DNA of 43,965 nucleotides. It comes from Candidatus Aenigmatarchaeota archaeon. GTDB lineage: Archaea; Aenigmatarchaeota; Aenigmatarchaeia; PWEA01. The notes under the pieces were generated by a model. That model ran no database searches. It saw only the letters and a program-made list of their open reading frames with translations, and was not told the DNA's origin. This document shows positions 18,556-28,092 of this stretch, one piece after another; position 1 is the stretch's first letter; every line of letters begins with the position of its first letter. The stretch is from NCBI GenBank assembly GCA_046539325.1, contig JBKHHD010000007.1:1-43965 (forward strand), read 5' to 3'. A program made the translations under genes and the position numbers.

Positions 18556-19209
18556 ATGAACTACCCCGTTCTCTTTGTAAACTTCAAAACCTACAGAAAG
18601 GGAACAGGCGAGGAGGCGGCGGAGCTTGCGAAGATATGTGAGAATGTTTCTAGGGAAGTTAATAAGTCTATAGCTCCTGTTGTCCAGGTTGCGGACCTCT
18701 ACAGAGTTTCAAGGGTCGTAGATATCCCTATATATGCACAGAGAATTGATCCTGTAGGCTACGGTTCGAACACTGGCAGCGTTCTTCCTGAATCCTTGGT
18801 TCAAAACGGTGCCTCGGGCGTCGTGATAAACCATTCTGAAGACAGAAGATCAAAGGACGTTGTAAGGAAATGCCTGGAGAAAGCAGAGAAGCAGGACCTC
18901 GAAACGATGGTCTGCGCAAAGGATCCTGAGGAGGCGGGGAAGATTTCCAGTTTCAATCCAGGTATGGTAGCAGTGGAACCTCCGGAGTTGATAGGCGGCG
19001 ACGTTTCTGTGGGCGACGCGAAACCGGAGCTTATTACGGAAGCAGTTGGAAAGGTAAACCAACCTCTTATCTGCGGTGCTGGAATTAAGGACAAAAAAGA
19101 CGTGGAGAGGGCTTTGGATCTAGGCGCGGATGGCGTTTTCGTTGCTTCAGGAATAGTAAAGTCCGATGATCCCGAAGAAAAGATCAAAGAAATGGTAAAG
19201 CCTTTCTAA
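18556..19209 (+). CDS. tpiA: triosephosphate isomerase (archaeal type)
   Basis: VNFKTY, INHSE, AVEPPELIG, CGAGI, VASG. Confidence 0.96.
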   Translation: MNYPVLFVNFKTYRKGTGEEAAELAKICENVSREVNKSIAPVVQVADLYRVSRVVDIPIYAQRIDPVGYGSNTGSVLPESLVQNGASGVVINHSEDRRSKDVVRKCLEKAEKQDLETMVCAKDPEEAGKISSFNPGMVAVEPPELIGGDVSVGDAKPELITEAVGKVNQPLICGAGIKDKKDVERALDLGADGVFVASGIVKSDDPEEKIKEMVKPF

Positions 19210-20189
19210 ATGTATAGCGACTTACCTTGGCTTCCGACGACGCCGTTTAACTCTTCTATGACCTCGGAAATACCCTTCCTTACTTTCCTTGACACAACCC
19301 TAGGGTCGAAGTGGTCCTTGTTCGGCGACCATCCGCCTTTAGTAAACGGTCCACCTGATTCGCTTGATTTTCCAGGAGGTAGTATACTTTCTTTGTTTTG
19401 TATGTAGAACTTGGCAGCAGTCCTTGCATATTCGTACTGATATCTTGTATCCTTGTTGAACTTGCATACTCCTTTTTCGGCGAGCTCTTTCATCTGATCG
19501 TGTGTAAGGCCTGAAGAGCCGTGTATGACCAGCGGAACTTCCTTGTTCTTCGCGATCAGTTTTTCGTTCACCTCTTTAGCTATCCCCGTCCTTAGGTTCA
19601 GATCTTTGCCCTTTGAAACTCCGTGTTTGGTCCCCACAGAAATGGCAAGTAGATCACATTTTGTCTTCCTCACAAAGTCAACGGCTTTCTCCGGATCCGT
19701 GTAGTAGCTTTCGTCGGAACTTACGTCGTTCTCGACGCCCTTTATCCTTCCGAGCTCTGCCTCAATGAGAACGTCTTTGCCTTCAGCCATTTCTTTTGCT
19801 TGCCTTGACTTCTCCACGTTGTCTTCAAAACTCTCTTCGGAGGCATCTATCATCACTGATGAAGGAAACCCGGTCTGTATAGCCTTCTGTATGAAGTCCA
19901 GATCCTTCAAGTGATCCATATTCAGGAAAACACCGATATCGTACTTCTCCGCTATTTCTTCCATGTAGCTTCCCATGGCCTTCAAGCCAGCCAGAGCGTC
20001 TCCATTCCCGGCGAACTCACAGGCGCTTCTGCTCAGCTGTAAAACTAAGTCTGAGCCGCTTTTCTCGGCACCTTCCATCAAGCCTATCATTATATTTGTT
20101 TCAGCAACGTTGCTCGCGACGAAAGCGTAGCTTCCTTTCTTTGCTTCCTTGTAGAGCTTTCTCATTTCATCGCCGCTTTTTATAAACAT
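19206..20189 (-). CDS. fba: class II fructose-bisphosphate aldolase
   Basis: FLNMDH, SVMIDAS, EAELGRIKG, AISVGTKHG, IHGSSG, KFNKDT, FDPR; start MFIKS after a GGTGAG RBS. Confidence 0.9.
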   Translation of the reverse strand: MFIKSGDEMRKLYKEAKKGSYAFVASNVAETNIMIGLMEGAEKSGSDLVLQLSRSACEFAGNGDALAGLKAMGSYMEEIAEKYDIGVFLNMDHLKDLDFIQKAIQTGFPSSVMIDASEESFEDNVEKSRQAKEMAEGKDVLIEAELGRIKGVENDVSSDESYYTDPEKAVDFVRKTKCDLLAISVGTKHGVSKGKDLNLRTGIAKEVNEKLIAKNKEVPLVIHGSSGLTHDQMKELAEKGVCKFNKDTRYQYEYARTAAKFYIQNKESILPPGKSSESGGPFTKGGWSPNKDHFDPRVVSRKVRKGISEVIEELNGVVGSQGKSLYI

Positions 20190-20193
20190 AGTC

Positions 20194-21537
20194 TCACCGT
20201 ATTGCATTTTCCATCGCGAACGAAGTTGCGGATACAACGTCACCAAGTCCAACACTCAGCTCGGGGTTTTCGTATATCTTGTTTGGTACCATAACTATAT
20301 CAAAGTCGTCCCTGTATACACCGCTCTCAGCGAACTTTTCATTGCCCAGATTTTCCCCTAACTTCCTCCTGAGCTCTTCGCCACGAGCTGATGGATCTAA
20401 ATCTTCGGATTCCTTCAAGTTCTCTTCCGTTAGCTCTTCGCCGCTTGCTCTCACCCGGACAGCATTTCTGGCAAACTCGAAGCCTTTCTTTACCGCTTCT
20501 GGATCCATGTATCCCCTTGAGACGGAGAGGAAGTAGTGGTGTGCGTGAATGCTTACCCCATCGACATCCAGCTTCTTCAGAATTTCCTTCAGCACTTCGA
20601 CAAGTTCAGAAGGTGAATCAACGCCCGGAGCCTTTTTTTCTATTTCTAGATCCTTCTGAACAAGTGCCAGCTCGTTTGGATCAAAGGAGAATACATCGGC
20701 TAAAGGAACAATTTCCTTTAGTATCGCTTTCCTGAGGTCTTTTCTATGGATAGCAGAGAACTCTATCTGTATCTTTGTTCCAGGTGACCTTTTCTTCACT
20801 TCCTTTATGAACTTCCTTGCCGATACCAGGTGTTCGCGCCACGTGCTCCCATCCGGATACTCCTTCAACAGGTTGTGGTATCCTGCGAGTATCATGCAGT
20901 CAACGTACTCAGCAAGCTCCCCTATCTTCTCCTCCAGTTCTCCCAGTTCCAGGTTCTCATGTCTGTACGGTGACGAAGCTATAAAGCGGCTGTTCTCCTC
21001 TGTAGTTACTCCAAAAAGATCTTGATCCTCAAGGAACTCAAGTATCCAGTTCTTCTTTGTTGGTATATCCTTGTAGCATTCAGAAGGATGGTTGAAGTTC
21101 AGTTCGCCTCCTTCGACACAGGGAAACTTAAGGTTCTCGTTATCGTCAAACAGGGATGCCTGTTCCTCTGAAAGATTTGTAGTGTAGAGAACTGTATCGC
21201 ATCCCAGTTTTGAGAGCAGATTGGACATTATCCCTGCCTGTCCACCAAGCCTCTTTTCCTCAACGTCAAGGTTTTCCTCCAACCAGTCCTTGAATCTCTG
21301 GCTCGTTATCTGAATCTCGTTTCCCTGTCCTTTTTCCATGCAGTCCAAAACTGCTGTGAGTAGATCCGTCTTGTTCTCCAGGAGCTTCGGATTTTTTTCC
21401 TTTGCCTTCACAACTTCTTCCTTCGAGAAATGGCTTGCGAAACCTTTGTCTATATGCGTTATAACGTCCACGTTAGTGTTGTAGGCGAGAAATATCGAGA
21501 GGTCCTCAAGCCTCTTCAACTTCTCCTCTGTCTGCAT
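20194..21537 (-). CDS. ADP-dependent glucokinase/phosphofructokinase
   Basis: AYNTNVD, LGGQAGIMSN, RFIAS, SVGLGDVVS. Confidence 0.92.
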   Translation of the reverse strand: MQTEEKLKRLEDLSIFLAYNTNVDVITHIDKGFASHFSKEEVVKAKEKNPKLLENKTDLLTAVLDCMEKGQGNEIQITSQRFKDWLEENLDVEEKRLGGQAGIMSNLLSKLGCDTVLYTTNLSEEQASLFDDNENLKFPCVEGGELNFNHPSECYKDIPTKKNWILEFLEDQDLFGVTTEENSRFIASSPYRHENLELGELEEKIGELAEYVDCMILAGYHNLLKEYPDGSTWREHLVSARKFIKEVKKRSPGTKIQIEFSAIHRKDLRKAILKEIVPLADVFSFDPNELALVQKDLEIEKKAPGVDSPSELVEVLKEILKKLDVDGVSIHAHHYFLSVSRGYMDPEAVKKGFEFARNAVRVRASGEELTEENLKESEDLDPSARGEELRRKLGENLGNEKFAESGVYRDDFDIVMVPNKIYENPELSVGLGDVVSATSFAMENAIR

Positions 21538-21580
21538 AAAGAATAAATTTAAGCGCTTCTATAAAAAAATAGGTGGAATT

Positions 21581-22396
21581 TTGATAGAGAGAATACTGAA
21601 AAAAGTAAAGGAGAGGAGGGAGGATTCTAGTAAGTTTGACCATGGCCATCTTCTTGTAGTTGGTGGCTCAAGCAAATACTCCGGTTCGCCGGCTTTCAAC
21701 TCCCTGGCTGCCTACAGAAGCGGTGTTGATCTGGTTACGACGGCAGCGCCTCAAAGATCTGCGAACGTGATAGCTACTTACTCGCCTTCTCTTATAACAG
21801 TTCCACTCGACGGCGACTTTCTTTCACCGACCCACTACGAAGAGATTAGGGAGCTGGTCAAGGAGGTGGACGCTCTGGTAATAGGCGGCGGTCTCGAAAG
21901 GAGAAAGCAGACCAACAAAACAGTTGTGAAGATACTTGAGCAAGCAGAGATTCCTGCTGTTGTAGACGCAGATGGAATAAGGGCTGTGGCCGATGACACG
22001 GACGCACTGGATCAAGAAACAGTTGTCACACCACATACAAGAGAGTTCAAGGTTCTTACAGGTATGGAGGCAAGCGAGGAAAACGCTGAGGAAGCAGCAA
22101 ATGAAATGGACTGTACCGTTCTATTGAAGGGAGAAAAGGATGTTGTAACGGACGGCGAAGATACCTATACAAACAGAACAGGAAATGAGTATATGACCGT
22201 CGGCGGAACAGGCGACACGCTTGCTGGCGTAGTTGGCTCGCTTCTGGCGCAGAACCTCGAAACGATAAAGGCAGCCTACGGAGGCGCTTGGATAAACGGT
22301 AAAGCTGGAGAACTAGCTGCTGACGAAAGGGAAGCTGGAGTTATGCCCGATGATATAATAGAAAAGATACCTGAGGCCATTCAACAAGGAAAATAG
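21581..22396 (+). CDS. nnrD: NAD(P)H-hydrate dehydratase (stand-alone NnrD/YjeF-C)
   Basis: KFDHGHLLVVGGS..YSGSP, VVDADG, VTPHTREF, GGTGDTLAG; TTG start after GGTGG. Confidence 0.92.
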   Translation: MIERILKKVKERREDSSKFDHGHLLVVGGSSKYSGSPAFNSLAAYRSGVDLVTTAAPQRSANVIATYSPSLITVPLDGDFLSPTHYEEIRELVKEVDALVIGGGLERRKQTNKTVVKILEQAEIPAVVDADGIRAVADDTDALDQETVVTPHTREFKVLTGMEASEENAEEAANEMDCTVLLKGEKDVVTDGEDTYTNRTGNEYMTVGGTGDTLAGVVGSLLAQNLETIKAAYGGAWINGKAGELAADEREAGVMPDDIIEKIPEAIQQGK

Positions 22397-22400
22397 CTAA

Positions 22401-23576
22401 CTAGTTCAGAACCTCTACACCTACTAGCTCTTCGCCCAGTAACGCTTTAACAAAGGCTCCTCCTGCCAGGGAAACATGTGTGAAATCTTTCTCTACGTCG
22501 AACCCAAGATCTTCCACTGCATGTGATGTATCGCCTCCTCCTACGAGAATGAACCTGTCCATTTCCTTCAACTTATTCAGAACTTTTCTCGTACCTTTCT
22601 TGAAATTCTCCTTCTCAAACACTCCCAGGGGCCCGTTCAGCACGATGGTTTCTGCCTCTTCTAGTTTGTCTTTAAACTCCCGCGCAGTTTCCGTACCTAT
22701 GTCTAAGACCTCTTCCGAAACGGGGAGATCCTCTACCTTCACCTCCTCCCTCATGCCGTTCTTCTCATAGGCCAGGTCCTTTGGCATGATAATTCTGTCT
22801 CCGTATTTTTCCAACAACCTGTTAACCTTGTCCTTAGATTCACCGACATCGTTGCTTTTCGCACCTAAATCATGTCCGTTCACTTCAAGAAATATCTCGC
22901 CTATCCTTCCTCCAAGCATCACGAGATTAGCCACTCCGTCCTCGAGCATCCTCTCCATGACCTCCACAGCATCTTCAGGTTTGTCTCCTCCAAGTATAAA
23001 GTGCCTCGGCTCCTCTGATTCCTCTATATGGTTCACCTTCTCCACGTCCTCCTCAAGCAGAGGACCTGCAACGCTCTCCATAACCTGTGGAAAGCCTGTT
23101 ATAGAGGCTTGGTTTCTGTGGCAGACTGAGAAGGCGTCGTTGACGTAAATGTCGCAGTGCTCTGACAGCGTTTGAACGAGACCCGACTTTCCATGTTCTT
23201 CTGGACTCACGTCCTTTAGCTCGTCCTCGTGCATCCTTACGTTGTCGAGAAGTATTATGTCTTCCTCGTGGAGCTCGTCTATAGCCTTCTGTGCAAGCTT
23301 TCCTGTTATATCACGAACAAATATGATCCTTCTGTCCAGAAGCTGATTAAGAAGCTCGGCGTGCTCTTCAAGATGTGTGAAGTCGTCTCTTCCGGGTCTT
23401 CCTTGGTGTGCCAGAGCAACTACTCCGCAACCCTTGTCGCATAGTTCGTCCAGAGTCTTTGCATGTTCCTTTATCCTCGGGGTGAGCTTAACCCTTCCGT
23501 GCTTAACAGTTGAGTTCAGATCGACCCTTACAAGAACCTTTTTCTCCTTCAAGTCAACGTCTTGCAGCGTCTTCAT
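22401..23576 (-). CDS. pgk: phosphoglycerate kinase
   Basis: VLVRVDLN, AHQGRPG, NDAFSVCHR, NGPLGVFE, GGGDT, HVSLAGGA; start at 23576. Confidence 0.96.
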   Translation of the reverse strand: MKTLQDVDLKEKKVLVRVDLNSTVKHGRVKLTPRIKEHAKTLDELCDKGCGVVALAHQGRPGRDDFTHLEEHAELLNQLLDRRIIFVRDITGKLAQKAIDELHEEDIILLDNVRMHEDELKDVSPEEHGKSGLVQTLSEHCDIYVNDAFSVCHRNQASITGFPQVMESVAGPLLEEDVEKVNHIEESEEPRHFILGGDKPEDAVEVMERMLEDGVANLVMLGGRIGEIFLEVNGHDLGAKSNDVGESKDKVNRLLEKYGDRIIMPKDLAYEKNGMREEVKVEDLPVSEEVLDIGTETAREFKDKLEEAETIVLNGPLGVFEKENFKKGTRKVLNKLKEMDRFILVGGGDTSHAVEDLGFDVEKDFTHVSLAGGAFVKALLGEELVGVEVLN

Positions 23577-23584
23577 AGAAACTC

Positions 23585-24613
23585 TTACTTGATTCCAAGG
23601 TTTTCGTTGGTCTTGCGTATAGACTCTTTTTTCTCTTCCGTTCCAAACATCGACCTTATCGCGTCCACGTTTTCCGGAACGATTATGGATTCCTGGTGGA
23701 CCTGATGTATCCAGTAAAGCCTGTTGCCTTCGGTTTCCACGGTTTCCTTCCACACCGCTACCTCCGGCATATCATACCTAAGCCTTTTATCACGGAACTT
23801 CTCTATGATCTTGGCCGTGGAGTCGTATCCCTCTTCTGCGCTGAAAAGCCTGACACGGGGTGTCTCCTCGAAAATTTTTATCACGTCCTCCCTTGAGACC
23901 TCCTTGCTCAGATCAACGTTGATCATATGTAGATGGGATATGGTTGTTGGAACCTTTACGGCCAGGGTCGTTATATCTAAATGGGGCATAACTTCCACTA
24001 CGTCCGGTCCGTGGTGTGAAGGAATTTCAGTAACAGGAACTATGGAGTTTATAGGGCCTCTTGAGTCCTGCATCGGATCTCCGCCTCTTCTGACTAAGCT
24101 TGCCACTGCCTTTTCAACGCCGAGGTTCGAATCAAGGCTCCACAGCGTTCTGGAAAGGGAGGTCGTGTTACAGGAAACAACTCTTACGAAGTCCTTGTCC
24201 TCGGCTTCATCGTAGTTCGCGAGCGCATTGAAGGAAACCGGAGCTATCGAAGCGTCTGCTCCTCCTTGGAATATAGCCTTTACATCCTTCTCTTCGTACA
24301 TCTCCTTGTTCTTCTCGTCTATACCCGAAGGGGTACAGTCGACCACAACGTCCACTTCATCTGTATCCAGAAATCCTGGTAAATCTCCCTCTACGTAGAA
24401 GCCACCTTCTTCCAGAACCTCAACTTTATCCGACACGGAAGCGTACAGCGGGATTCCGTGTAGAGGTCCGTCCTCCTCCAGAACAGTTCTCAGAGTTGTG
24501 GAAGGAGAGACGTCTGCAATACCTACAAGGTTCATATCGCCCTGTTTTTTCACGGCGTGTGCCACTCTCTTGCCTACAGTTCCGACACCGTTTACGACTA
24601 TGTTTGGACCCAT
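23585..24613 (-). CDS. gap: archaeal type II phosphorylating glyceraldehyde-3-phosphate dehydrogenase
   Basis: NGVGTVGKRVA, VVSCNTT, PSHHGPDV, VHQESIIVPENVDAIR. Confidence 0.96.
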   Translation of the reverse strand: MGPNIVVNGVGTVGKRVAHAVKKQGDMNLVGIADVSPSTTLRTVLEEDGPLHGIPLYASVSDKVEVLEEGGFYVEGDLPGFLDTDEVDVVVDCTPSGIDEKNKEMYEEKDVKAIFQGGADASIAPVSFNALANYDEAEDKDFVRVVSCNTTSLSRTLWSLDSNLGVEKAVASLVRRGGDPMQDSRGPINSIVPVTEIPSHHGPDVVEVMPHLDITTLAVKVPTTISHLHMINVDLSKEVSREDVIKIFEETPRVRLFSAEEGYDSTAKIIEKFRDKRLRYDMPEVAVWKETVETEGNRLYWIHQVHQESIIVPENVDAIRSMFGTEEKKESIRKTNENLGIK

Positions 24614-24785
24614 AGCATTATCACCTTCTCAACAGTTTAACTTTGATGGGATTTCTATAAAAAGGTTGCTGGAGAACTTAAACAAAAGAATTTGTAGCTC
24701 TGTAAATGTAGTGCCTAAAAGTTTCAGAGAACTGTGACCATTTCTCATCCATAGGATATTTAAACCACAGGACGAAGTAATAAAC

Positions 24786-25145
24786 ATGCCGGATCACCCC
24801 CGGGAGAGTAACAGTGCTATTTCTTCTGAAAAAATCAGTTCCTATGATCCAGTTCTAGAAGAAGCGATTCAAAATGAGCTACTTGAAGGCTACGAGAAGG
24901 ATCAACTACCCGAAAAGATCGATTTGCAATACTGGGACGATGTTTCGAATGAAATTGTAGACTTTGTGGAAGAGACAGGATACGGGGAGAAAGCCCTTGA
25001 AATACTTTTGTATGATGGAATGCGGGCGTTGAAAAAAGGTAACTCGGTGAGTATAAAGATCAAGGAACATGAAGCGTATATACCATCAAGGGATGAGTAC
25101 TACGGCAACGGGAAAGACCACGAGATATATCTTGAAATAATATGA
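24786..25145 (+). CDS. hypothetical acidic protein
   Basis: 119-aa ORF with upstream TATA (TTTAAA); no recognisable motif. Confidence 0.65.
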   Translation: MPDHPRESNSAISSEKISSYDPVLEEAIQNELLEGYEKDQLPEKIDLQYWDDVSNEIVDFVEETGYGEKALEILLYDGMRALKKGNSVSIKIKEHEAYIPSRDEYYGNGKDHEIYLEII

Positions 25146-25226
25146 GATCTTCCTTTAAACTATCGGTATTTTATCTGCCTTTGGGGGTTATAAAAATCCA
25201 CAAGGTTAAAGGTAAGTAGCTGAACT

Positions 25227-25649
25227 ATGACCCAGACGAACTGTTCCGTTACGGTCATGCCTGTGAAGAAGGATCCGTGGAGGATAGGTTTCATAAGAAG
25301 GCAAGAGGAGGACGACTATCACAAAGATCTCGTTGCACCGGGTGGGAGAATAGAGATGGATGACGGCGAGGAGGTAGAGGGAGTGCCTTACTTCTCTGTG
25401 GAACACTGCGGAGCAAGAGAACTTGAGGAGGAGACAGGCCTGGAGATTGAGCAGGACAACATGGAATACTTCTGCTTGCTGACACTTCCCAACGGAAGAG
25501 TTGTAATAAGCCTTTACGCGCCTGTAGACGAAGACGTTGACTCCGAAAATGTCATATGGCTAACAGAGGAACAGATAAAGGAGAGGGAAGACTTTGCACC
25601 CGGAATGAAGACAGAGTCACTTCTACTCCTGGAAGATCTCAGAGGCTAA
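25227..25649 (+). CDS. NUDIX hydrolase
   Basis: PGGRIE...CGARELEEETGL Nudix box with an insertion. Confidence 0.88.
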   Translation: MTQTNCSVTVMPVKKDPWRIGFIRRQEEDDYHKDLVAPGGRIEMDDGEEVEGVPYFSVEHCGARELEEETGLEIEQDNMEYFCLLTLPNGRVVISLYAPVDEDVDSENVIWLTEEQIKEREDFAPGMKTESLLLLEDLRG

Positions 25650-25827
25650 AATCAAAGGGTTTGTCTGAGTAGGATGTAGAGATTGATTCCATTAGTTACT
25701 CTTCAGCTCCTTCCAACGTGGTTGTGGTGTCCTTTTCGGCACGTTAAGCGCCCCAAAGAACTTCTTAACGTCCTTATTCTCTGCATACCCCAGGAACTAC
25801 TCGAGGTTAACCAATATTTAAACTGCT

Positions 25828-25956
25828 TTACTGCTCTTCGTATATTTCCATGAATTCTCCGAGAGCCTCCTCAGGAGAATACTCTTCTTCAAGGACTTCG
25901 GTGGACTCTTTCTTTGAAAGCAGCTTGTTCGGGTTCCAGTGACTACATATGCTCAC
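25828..25956 (-). CDS. possible 42-aa small ORF or gene remnant
   Basis: GTG-started MSICSHWNPNKLLSKKESTEVLEEEYSPEEALGEFMEIYEEQ*, with acidic coding-like bias and GTGAT upstream. Confidence 0.35.
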   Translation of the reverse strand: MSICSHWNPNKLLSKKESTEVLEEEYSPEEALGEFMEIYEEQ

Positions 25957-26037
25957 AGTATCACAAAATATAAACCAATCCCAAATAATTTAAGTCTTTC
26001 GTTTGATTTGAGGAAATGTTTACACGGAAGCCCTACG

Positions 26038-26493
26038 CTACGCATTATTTTTCTCGTATATTAAAAACGCCCGCTCCCTGGGCAAGGGATAGTCACAGTC
26101 GGTCCTACCTATCAGTTCATTTATCTCTTCGGTGTCGTCTTCTTCGTATACACCAACGAGAAGTGAATTTAGCCTTTTGAACTCTTCGGAGAATCTATCT
26201 TCACCTTGATCCTCAAATATCGTATAGGAGTCGACTTGACAGCCGTCTATCGGACCCAGCGTACCGTCTATCTCGTCTTTTATACGGATTATTGCAGCAT
26301 TGTCGTCCAGATTTTTCATTTTCTTGAACTCAGATTTGTAGATGTCACAAAGCAGCAGTATATCTATATCGGTTTCCTCGTCCATCTCGTAAGATATTCC
26401 CTCAACTCTTTTCGCACAGGTTCCCGTGAGCGCTGCCTTGCTTATGTAGTCTTCCTCCTCCAACCTGTTCTTGAGCTTGTCTACTATGTCCAT
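26038..26493 (-). CDS. divergent minimal nucleotidyltransferase-like protein
   Basis: AALTGTCAKR...ETDIDILLL resembles the G[S/T]...DxD motif. Confidence 0.6.
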   Translation of the reverse strand: MDIVDKLKNRLEEEDYISKAALTGTCAKRVEGISYEMDEETDIDILLLCDIYKSEFKKMKNLDDNAAIIRIKDEIDGTLGPIDGCQVDSYTIFEDQGEDRFSEEFKRLNSLLVGVYEEDDTEEINELIGRTDCDYPLPRERAFLIYEKNNA

Positions 26494-26557
26494 AGATGTC
26501 TAAGTAAAATGCAGAAAGTATTTATACCTTTTCGATTAGTCCGTCTCGGCCTTGGTT

Positions 26558-27157
26558 TTATTTTTCCCTTTCGCCAACGAACAGAAGAGGGAACAGTATG
26601 TCGCTGACGCAACAGGGGATCCAGACCGCAAAGAACAGAACGACGAACACGAATGGGAGCACAGGTATCCAACTGGCCGGTGAGCCAAAGGTAGTCAGAT
26701 AGAACAGAGACGCGTAAGTGCTGAGAAGAACGTGTCCAGCATGCGGAACCTTCGTATGTTCCCACATAAAACCTGCCGCAACGCCGAAAAACGCTGAAGA
26801 AATTATAAGTAACGGGTTCTCCAGAACGCAGATATGCAGAGGAATTGAAACATTGAGAAGTGTACCACCTATATATGGAAGCAGGGCATCGCTGAAGGTA
26901 CCTATAGCTATGGATCCAAAAAGACCTATGACCACGGCAGTCAAGACTCCTTTCCTGTACTTTCTGTACAGTGCCGTCGTTATGATTGCACTTAGAACTA
27001 CATGAATCGGATGAAGCGTATGAAAAATGGTGTGAGAAACCTTGTGTGGTAACCCCACAAAAACCACTACTGTCATCAGAACAATACCGCTCAACGCTCC
27101 AAAGGCCGTGAAAGGAACGTGTCGCTTGAGCTCAGCTAGAATCTTTTTCCTGTCCAA
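26558..27157 (-). CDS. His/Cys-rich polytopic membrane protein (possible metal transporter)
   Basis: AGGTGAT RBS and TTG start; HVPFT, FHTLHPIH, HICV, PHAGHV, PCCVSD within about six TM helices. Confidence 0.8.
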   Translation of the reverse strand: MDRKKILAELKRHVPFTAFGALSGIVLMTVVVFVGLPHKVSHTIFHTLHPIHVVLSAIITTALYRKYRKGVLTAVVIGLFGSIAIGTFSDALLPYIGGTLLNVSIPLHICVLENPLLIISSAFFGVAAGFMWEHTKVPHAGHVLLSTYASLFYLTTFGSPASWIPVLPFVFVVLFFAVWIPCCVSDILFPLLFVGEREK

Positions 27158-27222
27158 GCTATCACCTCTTTCCTTTCTTTTGAATACGCTTTGATAAAGT
27201 TAAGCAGAGAAGCAGTTTGTTT

Positions 27223-28092
27223 TTATAAAACATCAATCCTCCTCAAGATACCTTCGAATACTTTCCTGTAGTCCTTGTCAACCTCAACTATAGGCTTGAG
27301 TTGTGTCAATGCCTCTACAAACTTCTTATCGTGTTTTATTTTACCTAAAACCTCTATTCCATTATCTTTAGCAAATTTAAGTACATTATCACATGCTTCC
27401 TTGTTGAGATCGTACTTGTTAACTATAAGTCCGCAGTTTATTTCGAACTGGTTCACAACGTTCATTAACCTCTTTAAATCACTTAAAGCTGCCGTTGAAG
27501 GCTCTGTAACTGCTATAACATAATCCACGTCTTTTAAAGCTGATATCACAGGACATCCGATTCCTGCTGCTACATCAAGAAGCATAAGTTCACCTCCCTT
27601 GTCCTCGGCCTGTCGTTTTATCACCTCGACGACCTTCCCGGAACCTGATTCACCCATTGCGAGCTGCCCAGAAACCAGATCGAAGCCGTACTCCGTCTTC
27701 CCCTCGCCGATGGTCGCGTTTTCCACTTCCTCGAGCGTAAACGCGTTCTCAGGGCAGACAAGCTTACAGGCGCCACATCCTTCACAAAGATATTTATTTA
27801 TCACAGGCATGTCGTTTTCTTCGTCCCAGTCTATGGCCGAAAAAGTGCATATGTCCTTGCATTTACCACATGAAATGCACCTATCTTCGTGGAAAATAGC
27901 CTTTTCGTTTGTCGATACCCCTTGCTTCCTTTCCGTTTCTTCACCACCAAGAATTATCGAAAGGTTTGAAGCATCAACGTCACAATCCGCCACAACTATA
28001 TCCCTTTCCTCGGCCAACAGAACTGCGAGGGATGCAGCTATAGAGCTCTTTCCAACTCCTCCCTTACCTGACGCTACAGCTATCTTCTTCAT
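27223..28092 (-). CDS. MinD-superfamily P-loop ATPase with inserted 2x[4Fe-4S] ferredoxin domain
   Basis: SGKGGVGKS, DCDVDA, CISCGKCKDIC, CEGCGACKLVCP, AAGIGCPV. Confidence 0.92.
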   Translation of the reverse strand: MKKIAVASGKGGVGKSSIAASLAVLLAEERDIVVADCDVDASNLSIILGGEETERKQGVSTNEKAIFHEDRCISCGKCKDICTFSAIDWDEENDMPVINKYLCEGCGACKLVCPENAFTLEEVENATIGEGKTEYGFDLVSGQLAMGESGSGKVVEVIKRQAEDKGGELMLLDVAAGIGCPVISALKDVDYVIAVTEPSTAALSDLKRLMNVVNQFEINCGLIVNKYDLNKEACDNVLKFAKDNGIEVLGKIKHDKKFVEALTQLKPIVEVDKDYRKVFEGILRRIDVL

